Of a stretch of DNA of 64,000 nt, positions 1 through 12,252 are shown in pieces. Every line of letters begins with the position of its first letter. Within the stretch, counting starts at the first letter, position 1. Source of the stretch: Octopus vulgaris (Eukaryota); NCBI GenBank assembly GCA_951406725.2, contig OX597824.1, positions 69,564,001-69,628,000 on the forward strand, given 5' to 3'. The notes beneath the pieces are model-generated. The model searched no databases. It was not told where the DNA came from and saw only the letters and a program-made list of their open reading frames with translations. Both the position numbers and the translations under genes were made by a program.

Positions 1-787
1 AGCTGAATGCTACTTGCGCATCTGTCACAAAATGAAACATCTAAAGGAAATGATAAAGAACAAACGTTTGAAGTAACTTTCGTTGTCATCGTTGTTTTTG
101 CTCCTGCTGCTGTTGTTGTTGTTGTTGTTGTTGTTGTTGCTGTTGTTTTTTTTGCTGTTGTTGTTGTTGTTGTTTTTAGCATATTGTTTTTATATATACG
201 TATTTATTTATTTTTCAGAGATAAGCGATGTGTCAGGTTTTTACGGGTGCAAGCTACTTTTGTGAAAACAAAAATACTGAAAAAACAAAAACAAAAACAA
301 AAACAAAATCACACTCACAAAATCACGAGAATAATGGCCCCTATCCTTTACTGGTTTGCTTGTGTTTGCGTATATGCATGTATTTTGCATGTATATTTAT
401 TCACAAACGATGGTGTGTGTAGTGGGGTGGGGGGAGTTACGCGCATTCATGTACATTTATAAAAGTTTGGTTTTACAAATAAGATTTATAGAACTCAATA
501 CGTGATTCAGACAATGTATTTTATTATAATTATTAGCTGGAATGCTACAGAAACGACCTAAGGTGCCCAGGTATCGTACGAAAGCACTTAAACACTCAAA
601 CATACACATACACAAACACACACACACACAATAATACATACACACACACAATCTCTTTTATATGGACTACTCTGCCAAAAACATTCGTACGCCACCTAAT
701 GAGGTTTACTTGAGGATGCTCATAGGAAAAGCAGAAGACTTAATCGAGTGCTATTCTGTTTGTTCAAACATTAATACATATACATTA

Positions 788-825
<38 letters not shown>

Positions 826-829
<4 letters not shown>

Positions 830-1035
830 GGAGTGCTGAAAAGTTCCTGGTTTGGAGTAAAAGAAAATACAGGAAGATCAGTTAATTATGATTTTATTCA
901 GCATATTCTCCTCTCAGGTTCACACACTTATTGTAGTGGTCCTTTAGTTTTTCTAAGCCCGGTAAAAGGACTCGGAATGTTGGGCTCCAACCAGGCCTTT
1001 CACAAGATTCTTCAAGCCAGGAATATTTCAGCTCT
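826..1035 (-). mobile_element. Mariner 3' end fragment (transposase C-terminus plus TIR-like end)
   Basis: Minus strand reads LPGLEKLKDHYNKCVNLRGEYAE*, a typical mariner C-terminus. It is followed by a TIR-like end (plus strand GTGCTGAAAAGTTCCTGG) abutting (TA)n. Confidence 0.75.
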
Positions 1036-1289
1036 TCCTTGTATATGTATTAGGCTGTGACAGTTGAAATGTCGTATTTGAAAGGTAACAATAAAATGTT
1101 TCAGAAGTGTTAAAGAACTGCTTTACTTAGTCAAAGTATGATCCATGTTCATTTATGACGTTTACAATACGGTGTTGTTGTTAATGTTTTTCTTTGTGAC
1201 AAAAATGAATAATGTCTAACCCCCTTCGAAGACCACCATACGGTGACCACTACCTTTTTGAGTGCAATGGTGATTTTGCAACTAATCTA

Positions 1290-1757
1290 TGTCCTGTTCT
1301 CCTACTGATGTCAAATAGTATCCATTTCTCATCACATGTAATGATTCTATACAAAAATTGTTCTTTTTCCAGTCGCAAAAGGAATAAGGTGCATACTTCG
1401 AGGCGCCTACATTTTTGAATCTCGTTCAGTTGATGTGGGACCAACCTATCCATTTTCTTGACTTCTTCAATCTTTTTCAGGTGTCGAGAAACAGTTGAGC
1501 GAAATGTTTCGAACCGTTGTTCTTGGATTTTGTTCAGCTAAAGCATCATGCTTTGTAACTGATTTTGGTCTACCTCGTGTCTCATTTTCAAGGCTATCAT
1601 CTCCTGAACGAGATCTCTGGAACCGTCTCTGAACAGTTCTGATGTCAACAAAAGCATTGCCAAAGGTGCGCTTGATCTTCCGTAGAGCTTCTACAGCAGA
1701 GTGACCCAGTTTGTAATCATTCAAGAAAATCATTCAACATTCTTTGGGTGTTATCAT
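1290..1757 (-). pseudogene. Degenerate mariner transposase, N-terminal half (HTH, WVPHEL-like linker, first catalytic Asp)
   Basis: ORF 1467-1733 gives DYKLGHSAVEALRKI..TVQRRFQRSRSGDDSLENETRGRP. ORF 1250-1453 gives LVPHQLNE..FLYRIITCDEKWILFD. The two are in different frames, so the copy is frameshifted. Confidence 0.9.
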
Positions 1758-2725
1758 TTTCATTAAGTCTATAGGTACGAATTGTGTATAGCAATATTGT
1801 TTGGGATGTAAAAGAGTCAAGATTAAAGGCAGTTGAGTTTTTAAATGACTGAAATAACAAGTAATTAAAAATACGATATTTCATGTGTGACGATACTATA
1901 CTCTTAAATTTTCCATAACTCTAGCGACGTACACTGCCTCCTTTCTGTGTCTTCCCTCTCACTACTATAATAGCCTTAGTTACTCCGTGATGAGCTGGTC
2001 TCTTATCCTTATCTCTGCTACTCAGGCACTCGTACCCACTCTTCGTTTCACCACTTTTCTTTCCTGTATTTTCTTTTCGTGTTCCGTACCTCACCCCGCA
2101 CAATTTCCTTCTTTCTCCTCAGAACATCAACTCCTTAGTACTCAACTCCCTACTCATGTCCTTCCGGCTGGTGTTTTCCTATAACGATTTAAACAGTAAA
2201 CCAACGGTATCGAGCACACCGGTCTCGGAAAGCGTGCAAGTTTCATGGGCACTGTCTTTTTATTGAGAATCGGCAAATTAAAAATCAATGAGCACTGTAT
2301 AATTAAGATCTTCATATTTCTACAAATGTGACGTCTCATAATTTCAAACAATTATTTTATACGATTTCATATCTCCAGCATAGATAAAACTGCGTTTTAA
2401 AATCTAGATTTCGCCGGAACCAAAAACTTATCCACACCTCAACAGTTGCCTATTCGATAACAGGCAAAACTCACACGGCTTATTCTGTATTATATGTTAT
2501 AACATACTTCATTACTCTGTGGGCAGATTTTCCTATTGATAAACTACTGTTATGAGGATTTCTTGGGTGTTGGTTAGGTTAAGGCAACTAAATTGCGGGG
2601 TGAAGTTGTGAAGTACTTTTGGCGTTGTGGTTAGGACACAGCAACGTGATTTATACTCAACACGAGGTTGAAATCCCGTAGATGATTTCTCAAGATACCC
2701 CTATACTTCGACATATATACATGTA

Positions 2726-2758
<33 letters not shown>

Positions 2759-2883
2759 ATACAAACATATGTGTATAGATGTACATATTTCAGGCCTTGT
2801 GCCTAGAGTAGAAAAGATTATGCACAAGATATATAGCGTCAGTTAATTGCTGGTTAGAATATTATTAATTATGTTAGTGATCA

Positions 2884-3070
2884 AGGCAGAGAACTGGCTG
2901 AACCGTTATCACGCCGAGCAAAATGCTTTGTGACATTACGTTCGATTTTACCTTCTGAGTTCAAATTCCGCCGAGGTCGACTTTGCCTTTTCTCCTTTCA
3001 AGGTCGATAAAATAACTACCAGTTGAAAGCTGGGGTCCTCTCTCCAGAAATTGCTGGCCATATGCCAAAC
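2884..3070 (+). mobile_element. SINE family A (tRNA-like head plus Meta-domain-like core), diverged copy
   Basis: GAGTTCAAATTCCGCCGAGGTCGACTTTGCCTTT..GGTCGATAAA motif shared with many copies in the window. Confidence 0.8.
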
Positions 3071-3399
3071 TTTAAAATCGATTATCTTAATTGTTGAGGC
3101 AGCGATCGGGAATATCTAGAAGAATTATTTGGTCGGGGAGATATCTGTCGGAAGGCATATAGAGAACTTAATCCTGAATTTTCCGTAGAGATTATAAAAG
3201 GAAATAATGCTTGGTGAATGCGAATTTGAAACTATAGTATTCCAAAAACATTTCCGTCTACCTTCAAATAAATATTACTTAAACTGTATGTATATACTGA
3301 GTAGCTCCACTTTTGCTAAAAATAAGAGTTAAATTGACTCAAAGCCACAAACGCACGGTCTTAAATGACTGACAAAAGGAGGTAAGTCCCCAGGAACAT

Positions 3400-3455
3400 A
3401 GCCGGATCGCGATTTCGGATTTTTATGTAGACCATCTTAATCCTCATCAGCGACT
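3400..3455 (-). ncRNA. Type I hammerhead ribozyme, canonical core
   Basis: Minus strand: AGUCG-CUGAUGA-GGAUU-(17 nt)-AAUCC-GAAA-UCGCGA-UC^CGGCU. Stem I 5 bp, stem II 5 bp, palindromic stem III, AUC cleavage triplet. Confidence 0.85.
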
Positions 3456-3769
3456 CTTAACGCCTAGAGTTAAACTCAACTACCTCTGTCAGTCTTATAA
3501 GAAAAACCGTTGAAAACGTGTGCTGATTTCCAAAATTGCAAAAGTGTAAGCAAGAAATTAAAAAGAGTGGCTAATTAGCAATTAGAACCTGAAAACAAAA
3601 TGAACAGAGGTCACAAAAGTGGTGCTGGTCAGTACTCTTTAGGTTCCAATTACTAATAAGCCACCCTTTTCAATTTGATATATATATATATATAGATATA
3701 TATACGTGGGGGCGTGCGTGTGTGTGTAGGATGAGTGTATGTATGTACATATATAAATATATGTATGTA

Positions 3770-3801
<32 letters not shown>

Positions 3802-4017
3802 ATACAAAATAAGAAAATGGAGAAACACATCTTAATCAATGATCAACTACCAGATAATACCCAACCACATAATTTATTAAACCACTACATATGAACATTA
3901 AGGTCAAACATAATAATATAGAACAAAACAATGTACATGAAAGAGTAATATGATACAATAAGTACAGTATGTATAAGTGAATATAAATAAATAAATACAA
4001 ATATAAATATAAACTAC

Positions 4018-4144
4018 ATCTTATAGCTGTTTCGGCCATGCAGATATGGGTGCCTCATTATGCTCATATTAGCCATGTGTGGTAGGTCAATATGTAATTA
4101 TAAATTAGACACTTACAAAAATATCCCAAGGCCTCTTCAGAGAT
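4018..4144 (-). ncRNA. Type I hammerhead ribozyme with long stem II insert (left arm, stem III point change)
   Basis: AUCU-CUGAAGA-GGCC-(long insert)-GGCC-GAAA-CAGCUA-UA^AGAU. Confidence 0.65.
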
Positions 4145-4318
4145 TATGAAGAACAAACTAAATTAAATATGAAAATCAGAGGAGATACACCCATACTATA
4201 GTAGGTACATACCCATAATATATAATATATAATATAATATACATATACATATGAGTGCATATATCCATACTCCTATAGAACATATGTATGTATATTGCTG
4301 TATATTATTATTATTATA

Positions 4319-4382
<64 letters not shown>

Positions 4383-4509
4383 AGTATGGAAATATGCACT
4401 CATATGTATGTGTATATCATATTATATATTATATATTATGGGTATGTACCCACTATTGTATGAGTGTACCTCCTCTGATTTTCGTATTTAATTTAGTTTG
4501 TTCTTCATA

Positions 4510-4632
4510 ATCTCTGAAGAGGCCTTGCGATATTTTTGTGTCTCATTTATAACTACATATTGACCTATCACAAATGGCTAATATGAGCATAAGGAGGCAC
4601 CCATATCTGCATGGCCGAAACAGCTGTAAGAT
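4510..4632 (+). ncRNA. Type I hammerhead ribozyme with 88-nt stem II insert
   Basis: AUCU-CUGAAGA-GGCC-(88 nt)-GGCC-GAAA-CAGCUG-UA^AGAU. All core nucleotides present, GUA triplet. Confidence 0.8.
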
Positions 4633-5028
4633 GTAGTTTATATTTATATTTGTATTTATTTATATTCACTTATACATACTGTACTTATTGTATCATATTA
4701 CTCTTTCATGTACATTGTTTTGTTCTATATTATTATGTTTGACCTTAATGATCATATGTAGTGGTTTAATAAATTATGTGATTGGGTATTATCTGGTAGT
4801 TGATCATTGATTAAGATGTGTTTCTCCATTTACTTATTTTGTATTATTAATTTGTGGTAAAACATTTTACCTTTGCCCATATAATACAGTAAATGAATTA
4901 ACTGCATTGCAATTCTTAACATTTATGTATTAACTTTGTTGGGTGCTTCACTAGCAGTATATTGGATATATGTTATCCCATGGAGAGTTGCATTTACAAC
5001 CCCCATCTCAATTTGTATATATATATAT

Positions 5029-5233
5029 ATTTCTTTACTACCCACAAGGGGCTAAACACAGAGGAGACAAACAAGGATAGACAAAGGGATTAAGTCGATT
5101 ACATCGACCCCAGTGCGTAACTGGTACTTAATTTATCGACCCCGAAAGGATGAAAGGCAAAGTCAACCTCGGCGGAATTTGAACTCAGAACGTAACGGCA
5201 GACGAAATACGGCTCGCATTTCGCCCGGCGTGC
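5029..5233 (-). mobile_element. SINE family A
   Basis: Reverse complement of the family A consensus (CCCACAAGGGGCTAAACACAGAGG..GAATTTGAACTCAGAACG). Confidence 0.9.
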
Positions 5234-5537
5234 ACGTATATATATATGTATATATGTATGAATGTAAGTATAGACATTTGCAACTAAAGAAATGCAAAGA
5301 GACATATTCAGATGGGGAAAATGCATAGAAAAAACATTAGTAAATTAGAAATAAAGGGTGAGAGAGATAGATAGAAATAGAGTGAAAAAGTGAAATAGAG
5401 AGAGAGAGAGACTGATAACTACATGCATACATAGATTAGCGGATACGTAATATAGAGGGAGATAGCATAATAGAAAGTGTGATATATATATATATACTTA
5501 GAAACACACACACATACATACATACATATATATATAT

Positions 5538-5538
<1 letters not shown>

Positions 5539-5630
<92 letters not shown>

Positions 5631-5636
5631 CAGATA
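5539..5636. repeat. (GATA)n microsatellite
   Basis: Direct reading. Confidence 0.95.
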
Positions 5637-5836
5637 AAGGTGGAGAAAATGCCGCAAGGCAAGGCAGAAAGGCAAAGAAATAAAAAATAAACATACGGGA
5701 CTTAAAAGGACCAGAAATGGACATAAAAAGAATTTTTATGATAGCCAAAGAATATCATATATTTATGGCGCTGAATGGCTATTCTCATCTTAACGAAGCG
5801 TTTAGTGTAATGTATATTCGCTATATACACATATGC

Positions 5837-5867
<31 letters not shown>

Positions 5868-6190
5868 CATAGATTTGCGCACATTTAGTAATCAAATACA
5901 TTTTTTTTTGAGTTGGTTGTTAGATTTGTGTATATATGTATGTATATATATATATATACATATATATACATATATATACATAAACACGTGTATATACGTA
6001 TATAGATGTGTATATATATATATATATATACACATACATTTATATATATATATATATGTATAATGACGAGAGTATGAGAACATAGCAAGAAGGTGAGAGC
6101 CAAACGAAGATGGACAATAAGAATACATAAATATATACACACAAAAATCCACACACACATCGTATATGTATACATATGTGTATGTGTCTG

Positions 6191-6245
<55 letters not shown>

Positions 6246-6855
6246 GTATGCATGTATATATATATACACACACACAAATATACATACATGATCTATGAGA
6301 GCATTGTATTTACGTATGTAGATTACGACTGCTGAAAAAAATCAAAAAACAACGCCAAAAAACTCAGATATCGATTGGCTTACACACACACACACGCACG
6401 CACGCACACACACACACACACACACACGCACTTACGCACACACACGCACAGACACACACATGCACACGCACATGTACACATGCATATGCATATGTATGCA
6501 CCTCTTTTGCTATTTAAGTGTTAGTAAGATGTACGAAACGAGGGGCCGAAGATAAATTAATCAAGCAGCGGAAGGTTCAATAGATATTTAGATATTTCAC
6601 ATGGCATTTCCCATCTCTGTCTCTCTCTTTCTCTCTCTGTCTCGCTCTTTCTCTCTCTTCGTCTCTCTCTCTCTCTCTCTGTCTCCCTCTTACTCTATCT
6701 TTCTTTCTTTCTCATTCATTCTCATTGGTCTCCTCTCTCTCTCTCTCTCTCTTTCCCGTTAGTTCATTGTTTTACGCTCTTAGTTTAGAATCAAACGCTT
6801 AAACTCATGCCCACACATTAATAAGTGAATATATAAACTTATACATAAATGTATC

Positions 6856-6915
<60 letters not shown>

Positions 6916-7642
6916 TATTAATGTACTATATGACTGTCATACAAACACATTCACGTACTTATACACCTAACAAGCATAAACACATTTTCCCTTCTGTTAC
7001 GCGAATGTAAATACATTCTTATACACACCCAGACACAGATACACACATATTTATGATTCACATACATATGCTACAGATTCACGCGTACACAAACACACTG
7101 AAATACAAGCATGCACACGAACGAGCGCTCACACATGCGCTTGCTTAATGTTACACAAACCTGAAGACGTTCTTATATACACCTGCACACAAATACACAC
7201 ACATGCATACATATACGTTTTTATGTGTATACAGATTCTAACGTATACACATACACACACACACACACAAACGCACCTTATATACCTACAAACATCCTTA
7301 CGAATACACACACATATACACAATCATGCAAACACACACAAACGATCATGCAAACACACACAAACGACCATGCAAAAACATGTTACACATGACTAAATGC
7401 ACGTTTATATCCATATTACACACATATAGATACTCATTTAAACTTGATCACAAACACATATACGGGAAAATCATGAGAAGATATACGGTTCACACATGCA
7501 CACGCTCTCATACACGCACACACACAAACATGTTGTGCACTTATATCCAAAAGGGCTTATGCATTTAAAATTATATCCAGTACACACCCATATAAATCCA
7601 TATAGATACCAACATTGCCCATATACACTTATATATATCCCT

Positions 7643-7691
<49 letters not shown>

Positions 7692-8327
7692 CATGTACAT
7701 ACAAAAGTTTTTATTCATCAGTATACACACCTTCATACAGATATACACACGCATCCATATGTACAACAATATGTATACATGTGTGTATATCAACACACAT
7801 ATGTATATGTGTATATATATATATATATGTATATACGCGTATGTATTTTCATGTATCTATCTATATCTATACCCATCTGTCTATATATATTTATATAGAG
7901 AGAGTGAGGAGGAAGGGGGAGTGTTATGTGTGGGGAAGAAGACAGACTGTGAGACAGAGAGAGATAATTAGCAAGATATGTTTTACTACTTCGCAATCGA
8001 GGGAGAAAAATGGTCATGAATAAGAGTAACACTGCACATAATATAGACAGTTGAAATAATTCGCGTTATTCAACTTTTCCATGCAGTTAGTTAGCATAAA
8101 AACGTCATCAAAGTGTTCTTAAAACCAAAACCACACCAAGGAAGGAAATCACTAAAATAATTTCAACCAGATGCAGGCATGCTTGTTTGGTTAAGAAGTC
8201 CGATTCCCAATCATAGGATTTGGGGTTCTGTCCCACTGCGCCGCATATTGAGCAAGTGTCTTCTACAATATCCACTGTCCAACTAATGTTTTGTGAGTGA
8301 ATATGGTAGATAAAAACTAAGTAATTA

Positions 8328-8828
8328 AGGCAGCGAGCTGGCAGAGACGTTAGCACGACGGGCGAAGTGCTCAGCGGTATTTCGTCTGCTTTTACGTTCT
8401 GAATTCAAATTCCGCCGAGGTCGACTTTGCCTTTCATCCTTTCGGGGTCGATAAATTAAGTACCAGTTACGCACTAGGATCGATAAAATCGACTTATTCC
8501 GTTTGTCTGTCCTTGTTTGTCCTCTGTGTGTTTAGCCCCTTGTGGGTAGTAAATAAATAAGTATTTCGTCTGCCGTTACGTTCTGAGTTCAAATTCCGCC
8601 AAGGTTGACTTTGCATTTCATCCTTTCAGGGTCGATAAATTAAGTACCAGTTACGCACTGGAGTCGATGAAATCGACTTAATCCGTTTGTCTGTCCTTAT
8701 TTGTCCCCTCTGTGTTTAGTTCCTTGTGGGCAATAAAGAAATAAGAAACGTTAGCACGCCGGGCAAAATGCTAACGGGTATTTCGTCTACCGTTACGTTC
8801 TGAGTTCAAATTCCGCCGAGGTCGACTT
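8328..8828 (+). mobile_element. Tandem multimer of SINE family A (about 3 units)
   Basis: GGCAGCGAGCTGGCAGA head, then repeated TATTTCGTCTG..CCTTGTGGG..AAAGAAATA units. Confidence 0.9.
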
Positions 8829-9545
8829 TTTTCCGAAAATGAAAACAACCAACTTACAGACACATTACAAATACAATCTGTAAGCAGAAAAGTAGCTGGC
8901 AGAATCGTTAGCACGCCAGGTGAAATGCTTAGCAGTATTTCGTCTGTCGCTACGTTCTGAGTTCAAATTCTGCCGAGGTCGACTTTGCCTTTTATCCTTT
9001 CGGGGTCGATAAATTAAGTACCAGTTACTCACTGGGGTCGATGTAATTGACTTAACTCCTTTGTCTGTCCTTGTTTGTCCCCTCTAAGTTTAGCCCCTTG
9101 TGGGCAATAAAGAAATAGGAATAGTAAAAGTATGCAAGACTTCTTTGAAGTTCAAAACCTGAGATTGTTTTTTGTCAGCTACCTTTCAATGATAGGAACT
9201 TTGTATTCTAGTTAGAAAGCACTTCCTTCTTATAGAAACAATTCAAACAATTAAAATTGATATAAATGCGCTGTCGGTCCAGCAACTGAACTGGTAAGCT
9301 TATGATCACGAGCCGAACACACTATCTATAACGGCATGCGTCTTTATATCCTCTCAACGACAGAGCCAAGATCAAATATCAGAGGGGAGTGTTGTATGCG
9401 ATAAAAATAAAACTGGGTCCCATACACGCAATATAGTGAATTGACATAAGCATCGTTTTACTGAGAAAATATAGGCAGTTGGTTGCCCCACTCCCGCCGC
9501 CCCTACTATTTTTCGGGTGTTTACAATGTAAGGATAATGAATATA

Positions 9546-9712
9546 GGCGCAGGCGCGTGTGTGTTGTTTGAAGCTTGCATTCCAACCACATGGTTCCGGG
9601 TTCAGTTCCACAGCGTGACACCTTGCGTAAGTGTCTTCTCCTGTAATCTCGGGTCTACCAAAGCCTTGTGTGGCGATTTGGTTGACGTAAACTGAAAGAA
9701 GCCCAATGTCTA
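9546..9712 (+). mobile_element. SINE family B 5' part
   Basis: GGCGCAGG..CCACATGGTTCCGGGTTCAG..AAAGCCTTGTG..AACTGAAAGAAGCCC. Confidence 0.85.
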
Positions 9713-9725
9713 TATACATTCAAAA

Positions 9726-9913
9726 TGTGACCGCGTGTGTACCGTTGGCGATTTTTTTCCTCCGTCTTCCCTTCTCTGGATCTTTCCTTTTCCTATGTTT
9801 CTGACGAAGAACTCTGATCGAAACGTTAAACCCCCTTCTTCCCTTCCTTCCTGAGCGTCCAATAATACTATATTTGTTCCACGTCCTCGCGTTGTTGTGT
9901 TTTCATGATTGGA

Positions 9914-9920
<7 letters not shown>
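9726..9920 (+). mobile_element. Short dispersed HHR-bearing element (PLE terminal-repeat / retrozyme-like); same family as 34450-34660
   Basis: Near-identical to 34450-34660 and ends at (TA)n. Confidence 0.75.
9797..9831 (+). ncRNA. Minimal type I hammerhead motif (stem II mismatch)
   Basis: GUUU-CUGACGA-A-GAAC-UCU-GAUC-GAAA-CG-UU^AAAC. Confidence 0.6.
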
Positions 9921-9946
<26 letters not shown>

Positions 9947-10344
9947 CTAGCAGTATCGCCCGGCGTTGCTCGGGTTTGTAAGGGAAATAACTATATAAGC
10001 ATTTTTAGAGAGTTATACCCAAAAAATATCAAAAAAAATGCATTGAAAATGGAAAAAAAATTATTGTAAATTTTTTTAAAATCGTTGACTCATCGTAGAC
10101 ATTTTTAGAGAGTTACTTACCTTATATAATAGCGAAAAAAATGAATTAAAATGGAAAAAAATGATGGTAAATTTTTTTTAAATCGTAGACTCATCGTAGA
10201 CGCGCGCTAATACCCAGAAGGGCTCGATATGAATCACGACTATAAGATACCCGGTTTGGGTTAAACTGCACCGCAAAATGTGGGAGTAGTTAGGAATCTA
10301 AATCGTAGGAGACAGACACACAACTTCACTTTTATATATAAAGA
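9947..10344 (-). mobile_element. Non-autonomous Helitron
   Basis: Minus strand starts TC(TTTATATATAAAAG), has the subterminal hairpin CCCG-AGCAACGC-CGGG and ends CTAG. Inserted between A and T with no TSD. Confidence 0.85.
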
Positions 10345-10368
10345 TATATACATACATACATACATACA

Positions 10369-10400
<32 letters not shown>

Positions 10401-10633
10401 CATATATTTACATATATATATAAATAGATGAAAGAATGGAATTGAACGACGATTTAAATCGTCGTTCAACCCCATTCTGTCATTTATTTATAGTAAAAAA
10501 ACACACAAATTTCCACACGAAAGCACGTGATTTCTGCCCTTGGCATGTAGCTTCAACCGTGCTTTCTGACGTGAATTTGCTACCCGGGTATCGGTTAACC
10601 GAATTATCCATACTAGGATAATTCATTCAACTA

Positions 10634-10688
<55 letters not shown>

Positions 10689-10690
<2 letters not shown>

Positions 10691-10970
10691 TCTTTTACTC
10701 TTTTGTTTCAGTCATTTGAGTGCGGCCATGCTGGAGCACCGCATTTGGTCGAACAAATGTACCCCAGGTCTTATTCTTTGTAATCCTAGTACTTATTCTA
10801 TCGATTTATTATGTCAAACCGCTAAGTTACGAGGACGTAAACACACCAGCATCGGTTGTCAAGCGATGGTGGTGGTGGTGGGGACAACTACAGACACACA
10901 TACACATATATATATATACATATATGACTGGCTTCTTTCAGATAGATACATGGATATACATAATACCCGA
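10689..10970 (-). mobile_element. SINE family B 3' part (locally duplicated at 14199-14478)
   Basis: CAGTCATTTGA..GCCATGCTGGAGCACC..CCGCTAAGTTACG family B tail. Confidence 0.85.
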
Positions 10971-11589
10971 CTGTTTAAAACAACATTTTCCCCCAAGAAA
11001 TTTAATTATTTCATATTCTTTTTGACTCTAGGTACAAGGCCCGAAATTTTCTAGGAGGGGATCAGTCGATATGATCGACCCCAGTATGCAACTGGTACTT
11101 AATTTATCGACCCCGAAAGGGGTTGATAACTTAAGTACCAGTTGCATATATAGCCTGCGCCTATATTCATTATCCTTACAATGTAAACACCCGAAAAATA
11201 GTAGGGGCGGCGGGGAGTGGGGCAACCAACTGCATAGATTTTCTCAAAAAAACGGTACTTATGTCTCTTCACTAAATTGCATGTATGGGACCCAGTTTTA
11301 TTTTTATCGCATACAACACTCCCCTCTGATATTTGATCTTGGCTCTGTCGTTGAGAGGATATAAAGACGCATGCCGTTATAGATAGTGTGTTCGGCTCGT
11401 GATCATAAGCTTACCAGTTCAGTTGCTGGACCGACAGCGCATTTATATCAATTTTAATTGTTTGAATTGTTTCTATAAGAAGGAAGTGCTTTCTAACTAG
11501 AATACAAAGTTCCTATCATTGAAAGGTAGCTGACAAAAAACAATCTCAGGTTTTGAACTTCAAAGAAGTCTTGCATACTTTTACTATTC

Positions 11590-12162
11590 TTATTTCTTTA
11601 TTACCCACAAGGGGCTAAACTTAGAGGGGACAAACAAGGACAGACAAAGGAGACAGTGAGTAACTGTTACTTAATTTATCGACCCCGAAAGATTGAAAGG
11701 CAAAGTCGACCTCGGCGGAATTTGAACTCAGAACGTAAAGACAGACGAAATACCTATTTGTTTACTACCCACAAGGGGCTAAACACAGAGGGGACAAACA
11801 AGGACAGACAAATGGATTAAGTCGATTACATCGACCCCAGTGCGTAACTGGTACTAAATTTATCGACCCTGAAAGGATGAAATGCAAAGTCGACCTCGGC
11901 GGAATTTGAACTCAGAACATAAAGACAGACGAAATACCTATTTGTTTACTACCCACAAGGGGCTAAACACAGATGGGACACACAAGGACAGACAAACGGA
12001 TTAAGTCGATTACATCGACCCCAGTGCGTAACTGATACTAAATTTATCGACCCTGAAGGGATGAAAGGCAAAGTCGACCGCGGCGGAATTTGAGCTCAGA
12101 ACGTAACGGCAGACGAAATACCGCTAAGCATTTTGCCCGGCGTGCTAACGATTCTGCCAGCT
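11590..12162 (-). mobile_element. Tandem multimer of SINE family A (3 units)
   Basis: Three CCCACAAGGGGCTAAAC..GACGAAATACC units. Confidence 0.9.
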
Positions 12163-12252
12163 ACTATTCTGCTTACAGATTGTATTTGGAATGTGCCTGT
12201 AAGCTGGTTGTTTTTATTTTCGGAAAATTCTAGCTTTACTGGATTGTGGAAG

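Larger units (their letters stand above)
3800..4846. repeat. About 470-bp inverted repeat pair (3800-4277 / 4377-4846) around a (TA)n tract; PLE terminal-repeat-like
   Basis: The arms are reverse complements with scattered substitutions and indels, e.g. GGAGAAACACATCTTAATCAATGATC vs GATCATTGATTAAGATGTGTTTCTCC. Each arm carries an HHR. Confidence 0.9.
8829..12227. repeat. Inverted duplication, arms 8829-9554 and 11153-12227
   Basis: Non-SINE sequence at about 9120-9554 is the reverse complement of about 11153-11588. The outer flanks (CAACCAACTTACAG..TGTAAGCAG) are also mirrored. The right arm has an expanded SINE A array. Confidence 0.95.

Noticed and set aside
2150-2400. Possible PLE C-terminal remnant on the minus strand (HICRNMKILII..ILNKK)
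   Set aside because: Resemblance to the C..C..EK..LLNKR motif is too weak to call without a search.
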